Both the position numbers and the translations under genes were made by a program. A DNA stretch of 40,009 nt from Flavobacterium psychrophilum (GTDB lineage Bacteria; Cyanobacteriota; Vampirovibrionia; Obscuribacterales; Obscuribacteraceae), in contig CALRJJ020000001.1 of the NCBI GenBank assembly GCA_943367505.1, positions 1-40,009 on the forward strand. The letters run 5' to 3'. The notes below the pieces were generated by a model. It saw only the letters and a list, made by a program, of their open reading frames with translations, did not search any database and was not told where the DNA came from. Shown here in pieces: positions 1 to 7,557 of this stretch (positions are counted from its first letter, which is position 1; every line of letters begins with the position of its first letter).

Positions 1-161
1 CTGATCAGTGCTCGCATAACCAGCTCACGCTCGCTGTTATCAGTTATTTTCAAATCAGCCATGATTTCTCCCGACAGAACCGGCACAAGCGGACATCTCA
101 CCAACACAAAGGCTGCAAACCCTAATTATATCGGCTTTTGCAGCGATTATTCTTAAAAAGC

Positions 162-206
162 TTGGCAACGTGTCATCTTTGTAATACAATAATTACATGT
201 ATTACA
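162..206 (+). promoter_or_regulatory. sigma70-like promoter with an overlapping inverted-repeat operator for the RHH/RelE pair
   Basis: TTGGCA at 162-167, 17-nt spacer, TACAAT at 185-190. The perfect 9-bp inverted repeat TGTAATACA (180-188) / TGTATTACA (198-206) straddles the -10. Confidence 0.5.
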
Positions 207-217
207 AGGGTACTGCA

Positions 218-445
218 ATGACCACATCCGTTAGGTTTTCACCAGAAATAGAAGAGCGCCTCGATATCCTCGCCAAGGAAACCGGGCGGGCAAAAAGCTT
301 TTACATCAAACAGATGGTGGAAGGTAATATCGACGCGGTCGAAGATTGCTATCTCGCTGAAGCTACGCTTGAGCGCATCCGTGGCGGTAAAGAGAAAGTA
401 CACTCCAGTGCTTCTGTGAGAGAACAGCTTGCCCTGGGCGATTAA
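218..445 (+). CDS. ribbon-helix-helix antitoxin (CopG/RelB-like)
   Basis: ORF 197..445. The internal ATG at 218 is preceded by AAGGG. The N-terminus MTTSVRFSPEIEERLDILAKETGRAKSFYIKQMVE fits an RHH fold. It overlaps the downstream RelE-like gene by 17 nt. Confidence 0.75.
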   Translation: MTTSVRFSPEIEERLDILAKETGRAKSFYIKQMVEGNIDAVEDCYLAEATLERIRGGKEKVHSSASVREQLALGD

Positions 446-767
446 CTATTCCGATACGGCACTCAAAGAGCTAAAGAAGCTTGATAAAGGGGTGGCACGA
501 GAAATTCTCGATTATCTAGACGGCAAGATTGCCGCTCTGGACGATCCGACTACCGCCGGAAAACCGCTCACAGGGAAGCTGGCGACCTACTGGCGCTACC
601 GAGTACGCGACCACCGGGTAATCTGCCATCTCGACAAAGGCGAAGTCACTGTTCTTGTCCTGCGCGTCGCACACCGGAGCACGGTATACGGGGACGAACC
701 CAAAATTGCAGCCAAAGCAGCAGACGATATTGCGGCATTCCAGCAGGAAGCAAAAGAAAGCAAATAG
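429..767 (+). CDS. RelE/ParE-family toxin
   Basis: TTG start overlaps the antitoxin stop. 112 aa with a typical RelE/ParE C-terminal half (GKLATYWRYRVRDHRVICHLDKGEVTVLVLRVAHRSTVY). Confidence 0.8.
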   Translation: MPWAINYSDTALKELKKLDKGVAREILDYLDGKIAALDDPTTAGKPLTGKLATYWRYRVRDHRVICHLDKGEVTVLVLRVAHRSTVYGDEPKIAAKAADDIAAFQQEAKESK

Positions 768-772
768 GTTTT

Positions 773-1048
773 GGGCGGCGGGTGGGTAGCCCGCGCAGCT
801 TGCCTGCGCCGCTGTTGCGTCGGTTGCGCAGCCCGTTGCGCCGGTCAACTGCGTGGCTGCGGGGCAAAATTCGTAGCTTCGTCGGTTGCGCCGGTCACAG
901 GTTAAAGCCTCAGGGCGGCGGGCGGGTAGCCTCAGCAGCCAAGAGGCTGCGCCACTTTCGCCGGTTGCGTCGTTGCGTCGCGAAAATTTCGCCGCTTTGC
1001 GCCGGTCTTTCGCAACCGTGCAAGACCAGAACCACCACCAAAGAATAG
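773..1048 (+). repeat. GC-rich non-coding block containing an imperfect 140-bp tandem duplication and short iteron-like repeats
   Basis: 19-mer GGGCGGCGGG(T/C)GGGTAGCC at 773-791 and 913-931. 11-mer TTGCGCCGGTC at 836, 886 and 997. TCGGTTGCGC at 820 and 882. 6-bp GC hairpins at 793-809 and 935-950. The block ends with GAACCACCACCAAAG (1029-1043). Confidence 0.6.
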
Positions 1049-1119
1049 CGATTTGATATCTAGTATATATACAAATTAGGCAATTTGGTCCAGTTAGCGC
1101 CCTGGTCGACCGGTACGCA

Positions 1120-1144
1120 AAAAGCCGCCCGGGGCGGCCTTTTG
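1120..1144. terminator. bidirectional rho-independent terminator
   Basis: AAAA-GCCGCCC-G-GGGCGGC-CTTTT. A GC hairpin flanked by an A-run and a T-run, downstream of the minus-strand 70-aa gene. Confidence 0.65.
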
Positions 1145-1169
1145 GGATTTCAGGTTTACAGGTATGTTT

Positions 1170-1382
1170 TTAGTAGCCCATTTCGCGGCGCACCGCGAGC
1201 ACTTTTTCTTTTGAGTCGATGACGCGAAACTCGCAGTAATCTTCGCCGGGGTCTTCGATGTCGGTCCCGTAGACTTCGACCCGGGCAACTGATGCCAGGT
1301 CGAATTGTGCGAGGTCGAGCTTGAGCTTTTCTTCGCAGAATTTGGCGGCGTTCTCGCCTTTGATGGTCTCGTAGATGTGCAT
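1170..1382 (-). CDS. hypothetical 70-aa acidic protein
   Basis: ORF with GAGGA 7 nt upstream of the ATG. A terminator follows. No motif recognised. Confidence 0.5.
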   Translation of the reverse strand: MHIYETIKGENAAKFCEEKLKLDLAQFDLASVARVEVYGTDIEDPGEDYCEFRVIDSKEKVLAVRREMGY

Positions 1383-1429
1383 TTGCTGTCCTCTTCTGCT
1401 GGATTAGTGTACTAGAACAAGAAGGGAAA

Positions 1430-1449
1430 GCCGCCCCTCGCGGGGCGGC
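1430..1449. terminator. GC hairpin terminator downstream of radC
   Basis: GCCGCCCC-TCGC-GGGGCGGC, flanked by GGGAAA on one side and GAATTTTT on the other. Confidence 0.55.
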
Positions 1450-1465
1450 GAATTTTTCCAGTTAT

Positions 1466-2026
1466 TCAGTCTCGATCCCATAGCTGCGGCTCTGTTTCTC
1501 GCAGGCTATTCATGCTCGCTGAGCTGACAATGCAGTGATCAGCAACCAAAACGCCCATGATTTTGCCCGCTGCAATGAGCTGTTTAGTTACTTCGATGTC
1601 TTCGCGGCTGGGAGCTACTGAGCCGCTCGGGTGGTTGTGCGCCACGATGATGGCGTAAGCGTTTGAGAGAAGCGCCGCCTTAAAAACTTCGCGCGGATGC
1701 ACGAGACTGGCATTAAGAGTGCCTTTCGATACTTCGTGATAGCCAATTACTTGATACTTAGCATCGAGATGGAAAGCAATAAAGTGCTCTTCTGAGTAGT
1801 GCGCAAGCGGCTGAATGAAATGATGAAACGAGATCGGATCTGTAATTGTCGTAGGTTTAATACCCGGCTCTTTAACCAGAACTAGCCGGTATTGCGGCAC
1901 GATGTATTTAAAATGCCTTCTAAGCGGCTTTATTTCCTTCTTCGCTCCAATTTCCCGCCGCGCACTTTTACCAGCAATAGTGGCCTTCTGAACTGCCTTA
2001 CCGTCTGTTTTTTCTGCTCTATTCAT
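1466..2026 (-). CDS. radC: RadC-like JAB/MPN domain protein
   Basis: HNHPSG motif (IIVAHNHPSGSVAPSREDIEVT). The ATG at 2026 has a strong SD (GAAGGAGAAG). The longer ORF back to 2206 runs into GC-rich non-coding sequence. Confidence 0.85.
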   Translation of the reverse strand: MNRAEKTDGKAVQKATIAGKSARREIGAKKEIKPLRRHFKYIVPQYRLVLVKEPGIKPTTITDPISFHHFIQPLAHYSEEHFIAFHLDAKYQVIGYHEVSKGTLNASLVHPREVFKAALLSNAYAIIVAHNHPSGSVAPSREDIEVTKQLIAAGKIMGVLVADHCIVSSASMNSLRETEPQLWDRD

Positions 2027-2362
2027 GTGCTCTTCTCCTTCAGTTCGCGGGGCACGCGCGCACCCCATGCAGCACATGCCTGCTACATGCGAGCCGGGGT
2101 CCCGGTGTCCAGCCTCGCGAAGCGACCCGAAGGGCTTGGGACTGGACGCGGGGGGCTGCATGTGAGGCTCAAGTGCCAGGCATGGAAGGAAGCAAGTGAC
2201 CCGCATTTAGAGCAGAAGCTTTCTGCGGGGCAAAAGATGACTGACAGAATCCGCCGGCAGCGTCGACTAAAAAACTTCCGCCGGCGCCGGCACAATATCA
2301 AACTAAACGGTCCAAGCAGCGACGCTCTTGTTTGTCAGAGTGGCAGCAGCACTCTCCTTTTT
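2027..2362 (-). other. 336-nt GC-rich structured non-coding leader upstream of radC (candidate ssDNA promoter or radC-motif-like element)
   Basis: No credible ORF. Hairpin GGGG-CACGCGCGCA-CCCC at 2049-2066 abuts the SD. Hairpin GCAGAA-GCT-TTCTGC at 2212-2226. Palindrome GCCGGCGCCGGC at 2280-2291. Confidence 0.35.
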
Positions 2363-2569
2363 CTAAACCGATGGTTCGCGAGCTCGCATACTTTCGTCCA
2401 GCTCACGGTACTTAGAAATTGCGTGCACGATCGCTTCTTTTGAACAAGCCACGCATCTTGCATGACAGGCTAGATGCACTTCTCGCTTCAAGTCACAGGT
2501 GTACAGCCCAACAAGATCAGACAGCAAACTGCGCTCAATAGGATTGATGAAATCGTCGTCACCAGGCAT
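2363..2569 (-). CDS. hypothetical 68-aa Cys/His-containing protein
   Basis: ORF with GAGGTG 8 nt upstream of the ATG. No motif recognised. Confidence 0.45.
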   Translation of the reverse strand: MPGDDDFINPIERSLLSDLVGLYTCDLKREVHLACHARCVACSKEAIVHAISKYRELDESMRAREPSV

Positions 2570-2657
2570 AGATATTGCACCTCAAAGCAAATAGCTTTAG
2601 CGTAGCTAAAGGTCGATAGCCTTGTAATGTGCAATTGTACAGTTCTGCACTCAACCC

Positions 2658-2686
2658 TTGACACAGTATATTTGCCGAAGTAGACT
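2658..2686 (+). promoter_or_regulatory. sigma70-like promoter for the 144-aa gene
   Basis: TTGACA at 2658-2663, 17-nt spacer, TAGACT at 2681-2686. AAGGAAAG SD lies ahead of the ATG at 2719. Confidence 0.45.
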
Positions 2687-2718
2687 GTTAGTACTACCAC
2701 AAGGAAAGAATCCGGACT

Positions 2719-3153
2719 ATGGTGATCTCGTTCAAAGACCAAGCACTAGAAGAGCAGCTAAAGTTGAAAAGCAAACATCAGGAAATGTCCCCTTCTCTAG
2801 TAGCAAGGCGTGATTTGCAGCGGTATGCCTGGATTTTGGCGGAACAACAGCCAATTGAGTTAACGGGAGAAGAGTTCTACTCAATTTGCTCAATAATCAA
2901 AGCTATTCAATGGTTTGAAGAGCCTTATCAAATAAAACGTCTACCAGCTTTGGTTGAAGACAGCATAAGAAGTTGCAGGGATGGAAACGACGAATACACA
3001 AAAGTGAGTATGTGGGGAATAGACGTTGATTTAGTTTGCAGTAAATTACAGAAAGCAACGCCATTGCAGCTTCTAGCATTGCTTGACAGAGCTGAGCAAT
3101 ATCCAAAGGAGGCAGTGGACGAAGCTTATCTTGCACGAGTACGCAAGAAATAG
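2719..3153 (+). CDS. hypothetical 144-aa protein
   Basis: ORF with promoter and SD, followed by a strong hairpin. No motif recognised. Confidence 0.55.
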   Translation: MVISFKDQALEEQLKLKSKHQEMSPSLVARRDLQRYAWILAEQQPIELTGEEFYSICSIIKAIQWFEEPYQIKRLPALVEDSIRSCRDGNDEYTKVSMWGIDVDLVCSKLQKATPLQLLALLDRAEQYPKEAVDEAYLARVRKK

Positions 3154-3179
3154 AGCAAATTTATCCTAAAACTAAAAAG

Positions 3180-3199
3180 CCCCTGGCTTGCGCCAGGGG
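3180..3199. terminator. GC hairpin after the 144-aa gene
   Basis: CCCCTGGC-TTGC-GCCAGGGG, preceded by AAAAAG. The T-run on the plus strand is weak. Confidence 0.4.
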
Positions 3200-3262
3200 T
3201 GTACAAATCCATAATACCCAAAATTTCAGACTTTGCAAGCATTTTCAGAGTGACTTAATAAT

Positions 3263-4042
3263 ATGACACCCCATTTATGTCCTTATCCCTTTACTAATGC
3301 CATCACAACGGCGATAGAAACATCAATCTCTCCTGCAAGACTTGCGTTGTATCAGCAGCAGTCGAAGGGTTCCAAGGAGGATGCGCTTGTGCTTTATTGC
3401 TGGAATATCGCTTTGTGCCAATCCCTGTATTGGCCTTTGCAAGCGTTAGAAATTGTCCTGAGAAATGCAATGGCAGAAAAGCTTAAAGTGGCTTATGGAC
3501 CTGATTGGTATGAGGATTTGACACTTTTTAGCACCTCAAAAAGAGGCAAAGCTATCAAAGAAACGGACCAGATCAAAAAAGCTAAAGAAAAGCTAGATGA
3601 TGCTAGTCGACCATATAATCACGACAATATTGTTGCAGCATCTACTCTGGGTTTCTGGCATGGACTTCTCAAATTAGAATACGAGAATCACCTCTGGAAA
3701 CCACATTTTGAAGACCTGTTAGAAGTTAACGACAGGGAAGAAGCGTGGAAAAAGATCAACCAGATGAAAAGGTTGCGCAACAATATTGCACACTACGAGC
3801 CGATCTTTGTATGGGCGAACAAAAGCAAAAGAGAGCTTTATCGTGAATACAAAATTATGGTGAAAATTATTCGTTGGCTTTGCCCAGAAACAGCATTATG
3901 GGTTGAATCTCATTGCAGTAAAAATTTTTTCGATACTTGGAACTGCGCGCCAGCTTCATTCAACGTTTTACCATTGTCTGTAGAGTCAGAAGGAACTGAG
4001 ACAAATTCAGGTGTATGGAAGTTTCCCGTACAACCGATATAG
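3263..4042 (+). CDS. Abi_2 (AbiD/AbiF-like) abortive-infection family protein
   Basis: LYCWNIALCQSLYWPLQALEIVLRNAM near the N-terminus and MKRLRNNIAHYEPIF near the C-terminus match the Abi_2 pattern. Confidence 0.75.
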   Translation: MTPHLCPYPFTNAITTAIETSISPARLALYQQQSKGSKEDALVLYCWNIALCQSLYWPLQALEIVLRNAMAEKLKVAYGPDWYEDLTLFSTSKRGKAIKETDQIKKAKEKLDDASRPYNHDNIVAASTLGFWHGLLKLEYENHLWKPHFEDLLEVNDREEAWKKINQMKRLRNNIAHYEPIFVWANKSKRELYREYKIMVKIIRWLCPETALWVESHCSKNFFDTWNCAPASFNVLPLSVESEGTETNSGVWKFPVQPI

Positions 4043-4840
4043 GTGCACAATGTGACCAAACAAAAGAAAATAGCTACTTGTAAGTTTTGCACAAAGTCGC
4101 GCCAGTTGTGCAAATCGCACATACAGCCACGATGGCTATATAGAGAACGTGGCACAAATTTCAAACTAATCGCGAGCGATGCGATCTTCGAAAAGTCTGC
4201 TCCAATTGGGCCTTACGAGCATCTTCTCTGTTTAGAATGCGAAGGACTGATGGGAAAATATGACGACTATTCAGCAACTTTTTTCAAAGGAAGTCGCTGG
4301 TGGCCCAGGGATGAACGCACTAATTGGCGTGTCATCTTTCAGTACGATTACAGCTTACTAAAACTGTTTATGCTCAGCATGCTTTGGCGTGCAGGAGTAG
4401 CTCAAACAGATTACTTTGCAAACGTTGTGCTCAGCGAACCTGTGTTAGATGACCTTCATTCAATGATAGAAAAACGGGATGCGGGCAACGAACAAGATTA
4501 CAGTGTAATGATTCAAATGCGCGAACCGCGTGGCGGCCTCGAGAAGGTAGGCAGAAGCCCATACATCAAAAAAAGATCCGATAACTTAGAATGGTGCCGA
4601 TTCGACTTGAATGAGTTTTCCTGCGATATCAAAATCAGTAAAGATCAGACTTCCATGGAGCCGAAAATATTATTGACCGACAGACCTCCTATTCTGGTGG
4701 TCACTGGACCGACCTATACTGAGCGTTTGCTTGAGTTTAAAGATCAATCGCTAGCGAGATCAGAAAGAGAGCGTGTGTTTAGGGAAGAGCAAGCGATGAA
4801 GAAATTAGCAAAGAACGACAGCATGCAAACTGAAGAATAA
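4043..4840 (+). CDS. Cys-rich (CxxC...CxxH, CxxC) protein of unknown function, translationally adjacent to the Abi_2 gene
   Basis: The GTG start at 4043 directly follows the Abi stop (an alternative GTG is at 4052). Contains CKFCTKSRQLCKSH and CLEC. Confidence 0.6.
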   Translation: MHNVTKQKKIATCKFCTKSRQLCKSHIQPRWLYRERGTNFKLIASDAIFEKSAPIGPYEHLLCLECEGLMGKYDDYSATFFKGSRWWPRDERTNWRVIFQYDYSLLKLFMLSMLWRAGVAQTDYFANVVLSEPVLDDLHSMIEKRDAGNEQDYSVMIQMREPRGGLEKVGRSPYIKKRSDNLEWCRFDLNEFSCDIKISKDQTSMEPKILLTDRPPILVVTGPTYTERLLEFKDQSLARSERERVFREEQAMKKLAKNDSMQTEE

Positions 4841-4883
4841 GCCTGAGAAATCAGGCCCACCTTGCGGCGACAAAAGAAAAGAA

Positions 4884-4903
4884 GGCGGGGCTTGTGCCCC
4901 GCC
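4884..4903 (-). terminator. rho-independent terminator of ssb
   Basis: GGCGGGGC-TTGT-GCCCCGCC, followed on the minus strand by TTCTTTTCTTTT. Confidence 0.65.
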
Positions 4904-4910
4904 CCAGTGA

Positions 4911-5300
4911 TTACGCCGCTTTGACTTTCCTGGAAGTCGCAGTTTTCGCTTCGCCTTTTTCTTCAGTCTTGGGCTTCGGACCACAGAGATGAAAACCGGA
5001 GAGCTTCACCACCGGGCGTCTCATCTCGACTTTTACTCCGTTAATTTCCTTGGTGTATTTCGAGATTGAGAGCCTGCCCGAAACTGCGACTTCGCGCCCT
5101 TCAGTTATGGTTTTAAGAACCCGCTCAGCCAGACCATTCCAGGATTCGACATCGATCCACATCGGCTCTGGATTGTCCGATTTAGAGGAGAAGTCAGCGA
5201 CAGCAAGGGAGAACTTAGCCAGAGTGTTGTCCGTATCAGTGAAGGTAGTGGAAGTGGGGGCTTGTCCGACGCGGCCGATGAGAGTGATTTGATTGTTCAT
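4911..5300 (-). CDS. ssb: single-stranded DNA-binding protein (OB fold) without an acidic C-terminal tip
   Basis: MNNQITLIGRVGQAPT...AKFSLAV...WIDVESWNGLAERV...GREVAVSGRL is an SSB OB-fold pattern. GGAGG SD. The C-terminus is basic (SRKVKAA). Confidence 0.85.
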   Translation of the reverse strand: MNNQITLIGRVGQAPTSTTFTDTDNTLAKFSLAVADFSSKSDNPEPMWIDVESWNGLAERVLKTITEGREVAVSGRLSISKYTKEINGVKVEMRRPVVKLSGFHLCGPKPKTEEKGEAKTATSRKVKAA

Positions 5301-5747
5301 AAGATGGCACCTCCAAGTGCTGTGTGTTGTATGCCAAACACGTGCAACTGGTTTCGAGAGTGCAAGGGCGCGCAGCGCGGAGCAGAGCGAAGTTTATCCT
5401 TGTCACGGTAGAAAACTGGTGCCAGAGTAAGGCAAAACAACCACCGCCTTGGGGGTAGCCAGATATGGACGACCAACCACACTGAACGAGCTGCGTTGGT
5501 TTCCCCCACCAACAGAACCATCAACAAGAAGCGGACAGCGCCAGCATTCTCCAATGCTGCTGGCTCAACCTGAAAAGGCCTATCCACGACCAGTGAGAGA
5601 GCGAAGTTGACTGACAAAAAGGCTAGCTGAGCGGGTCTAATGCATAACTGATGTAGCGACAACGATAGAATGGGAAGACTCGCAATCGGACACCAAGGAA
5701 ATCAACGCTTCGCGAGATGAGGTGCCCGAGGGCTCTCCAGGTAATCA
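5301..5747 (-). other. 447-nt GC-rich non-coding leader upstream of ssb
   Basis: Only an implausible ORF (5297..5662). Contains AACCACC (5439-5445), GGGTAGCC (5453-5460) and AACCAC (5475-5480), boxes shared with the other GC-rich blocks. Confidence 0.3.
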
Positions 5748-6542
5748 CTACGGTAGGCAGAAAGCACAAGACTGGCATGGGCGAAGCGTATCTTTCTGCG
5801 ACTTCAAAGAAAGTCCTCCGAGGACGGCGGGACAGAGGGTGAGCATGGCATGCCTGACCGGTTCTGCATGACGCCCGCCCCGGTGATGCGGAAAACTGAC
5901 TATGTCTATGTCAGACTCAAGCGCCTCGAAACTAGGCAATACAGCACTATCCAGCTCTTTGTCCTGCAGTAGTGCTAGCTTCCAGATCGCTGCAGGAGTT
6001 TTGCACAGTGCCATGATGGCGCGGTCATAGTTTTCAGAATCGACTGAAAGCCAGCCCTGGACGTTAGGTAGAGCGGCAAATTCGGTCAGCGCATCGAACA
6101 GATCACCTGGTGCAAACGAGCGAGTGTAAAACCAGAACTTGCAGCCAGTGTATTTCTTGGCAGTTATCGCCCATGCACGCACATAGTCAGCGGAGAAAAA
6201 ATCGCCGACATCATGAATGCGCATGGTCCATGGAATGATAGTCTGCACGCCAGCAATCTTGGCAGTGAGCCAATCTCTTGGACGCGCCTGATCGACCATC
6301 ATCGAGAGATTTTCTGATAGTAGCTTCGGTCCACCTTCAGTAAGCAGATACTCGCAAGTTCTGAAATTGCGGCCCCGTTTGGCTTTCTGCCCTACAGTCT
6401 GATAGCGCACACCATTGCCGTAGCAAAGTCTTTTGCATAAATCGGTAGCACCGACACATGTCTCAGTACGCGGCAAACTAAATGCCCAACCCACTTTGCT
6501 ATTGTTCGTCAACTCCAATCCATAATCCAAACTTACCTTCAT
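5748..6542 (-). CDS. Cys-rich protein of unknown function (Cx6Cx3C near the N-terminus, CxxCxxC at the C-terminus)
   Basis: Internal ATG at 6542 with GGAGAAA SD. Contains TETCVGATDLCKRLCYGNG, MRIHDVGDFFS, FWFYTRS and a C-terminal PCQSCAFC. It loosely recalls phage/plasmid GP88-type proteins, which I could not verify. Confidence 0.6.
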   Translation of the reverse strand: MKVSLDYGLELTNNSKVGWAFSLPRTETCVGATDLCKRLCYGNGVRYQTVGQKAKRGRNFRTCEYLLTEGGPKLLSENLSMMVDQARPRDWLTAKIAGVQTIIPWTMRIHDVGDFFSADYVRAWAITAKKYTGCKFWFYTRSFAPGDLFDALTEFAALPNVQGWLSVDSENYDRAIMALCKTPAAIWKLALLQDKELDSAVLPSFEALESDIDIVSFPHHRGGRHAEPVRHAMLTLCPAVLGGLSLKSQKDTLRPCQSCAFCLP

Positions 6543-6926
6543 GCCATTTCTCCGAGAGCCTCTAATGGCAGCAAGCGCTGCTGTGGCACTCCACCGACTC
6601 GGCTCCGGAGCGGCATTTAAAGAATTAGATAAACAGCAAAACGCCAAACGGTTACCGCAACGGTGGCGCAGAGGCGGGACTCTGGAGATACAGCGCGGCT
6701 CAGTAGCACCAATGAATATCTGTTGGGTATAGATAAAAAAACTAACCGACATAAAAGTGCGAATCGGCTAAAGTTACACTTCAAACCTACTTTCTTTTGC
6801 TCGCCTTACCCGGGAGCAAAGCATATAGAGTGGATTTCCAAAGCGCATATCAACAGGCGGTAGCCCTCACACAAACCATCTGAATATCCCAGCCTGTAAG
6901 CGATTCGGGAAATGTCAGAAAATGGA

Positions 6927-6971
6927 TTGACAAACGATACAATGTCAGGTTATGGTTAAAGCAACCTGACA
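6927..6971 (+). promoter_or_regulatory. promoter and operator of the QueC-like operon
   Basis: TTGACA at 6927-6932 and TATGGT at 6951-6956 with an 18-nt spacer. The perfect 9-bp inverted repeat TGTCAGGTT (6943-6951) / AACCTGACA (6963-6971) overlaps the -10. An extra half-site ATGTCAG lies at 6912-6918. Confidence 0.5.
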
Positions 6972-6987
6972 GCGGAGCGTTTCATAA

Positions 6988-7557
6988 GTGACTGACGGAC
7001 CATTTCGATATACAGAATTGAGCGGGCGCTGGAAAGAATACGGCCGACTTCTGGATGAAGAGATATTTACCCCTTTAGATAGGCTAAATCAGGCGCAGAA
7101 GGCTTTGATTGAAGACCTGGCTCCTGGGGAGTTTCGTGCCATGTTGCGTGAAGTTCAGAGCAAACTCGATCACCTTCAGGGTCACTTATTTATAGACATG
7201 TCTAAACAGGCGCTCGAAAAAATTATTGATAAGCATCCTGCCTGCCAGCAATCCGAAAACTTCCGAAGAGAAATGCTGGCGGAAATGTCTATAGGTAACG
7301 TATCAACCGCTTTCGATACTGCTTGGCAAAATACGCTCCAAACTGGAATTGATCAGGCGAATGAGCATTTACGTGTTCATTGCATCATTGCTGACGAAAA
7401 GCGCGAGAACAAAGAGCACCAGTCCAACTTGCGAATGAATCATGACGAAGTTTTTTCAAGCATAAATACCGACTTTCTCCGTCAGGTGATTTTCGACCGA
7501 CCAGCTTCTCCTGCGTTATCAACTGTTTCCCGCTCTGAGGATGGACCGCCTTTATGA
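6988..7557 (+). CDS. hypothetical helical 189-aa protein, first gene of the QueC-like operon
   Basis: GTG start. Its stop overlaps the next ATG (ATGA at 7554-7557). No motif recognised. Confidence 0.6.
   Translation: MTDGPFRYTELSGRWKEYGRLLDEEIFTPLDRLNQAQKALIEDLAPGEFRAMLREVQSKLDHLQGHLFIDMSKQALEKIIDKHPACQQSENFRREMLAEMSIGNVSTAFDTAWQNTLQTGIDQANEHLRVHCIIADEKRENKEHQSNLRMNHDEVFSSINTDFLRQVIFDRPASPALSTVSRSEDGPPL

Noticed and set aside
1-63. Partial minus-strand ORF starting at 63 (MADLKITDNSERELVMRALI...) and running off the window
   Set aside because: Only 21 codons are visible and no motif is recognisable, so it cannot be supported as a feature.
516-1048. ORFs 782..1048 (+), 516..848 (-) and 646..867 (-) crossing the GC-rich repeat block
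   Set aside because: They are Arg/Pro/Cys-rich low-complexity translations of repeat DNA. They overlap one another and the RelE gene, have no SD, and their composition follows from the GC-rich repeats.
2027-2206. N-terminal 60-codon extension of the radC ORF (and ORF 1892..2443 on the plus strand)
   Set aside because: The internal ATG at 2026 has a strong GAAGGAGAAG SD and starts the conserved RadC part. The extension is a Pro/Cys/Gly-rich reading of the structured leader.
5297-5662. 121-aa ORF upstream of ssb
   Set aside because: It has no SD and an odd composition, and it fully occupies the structured leader. It was treated as non-coding.
6543-6752. N-terminal 70-codon extension of the Cys-rich gene ORF
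   Set aside because: The internal ATG at 6542 has an SD. The extension has implausible composition and lies in the GC-rich non-coding block.
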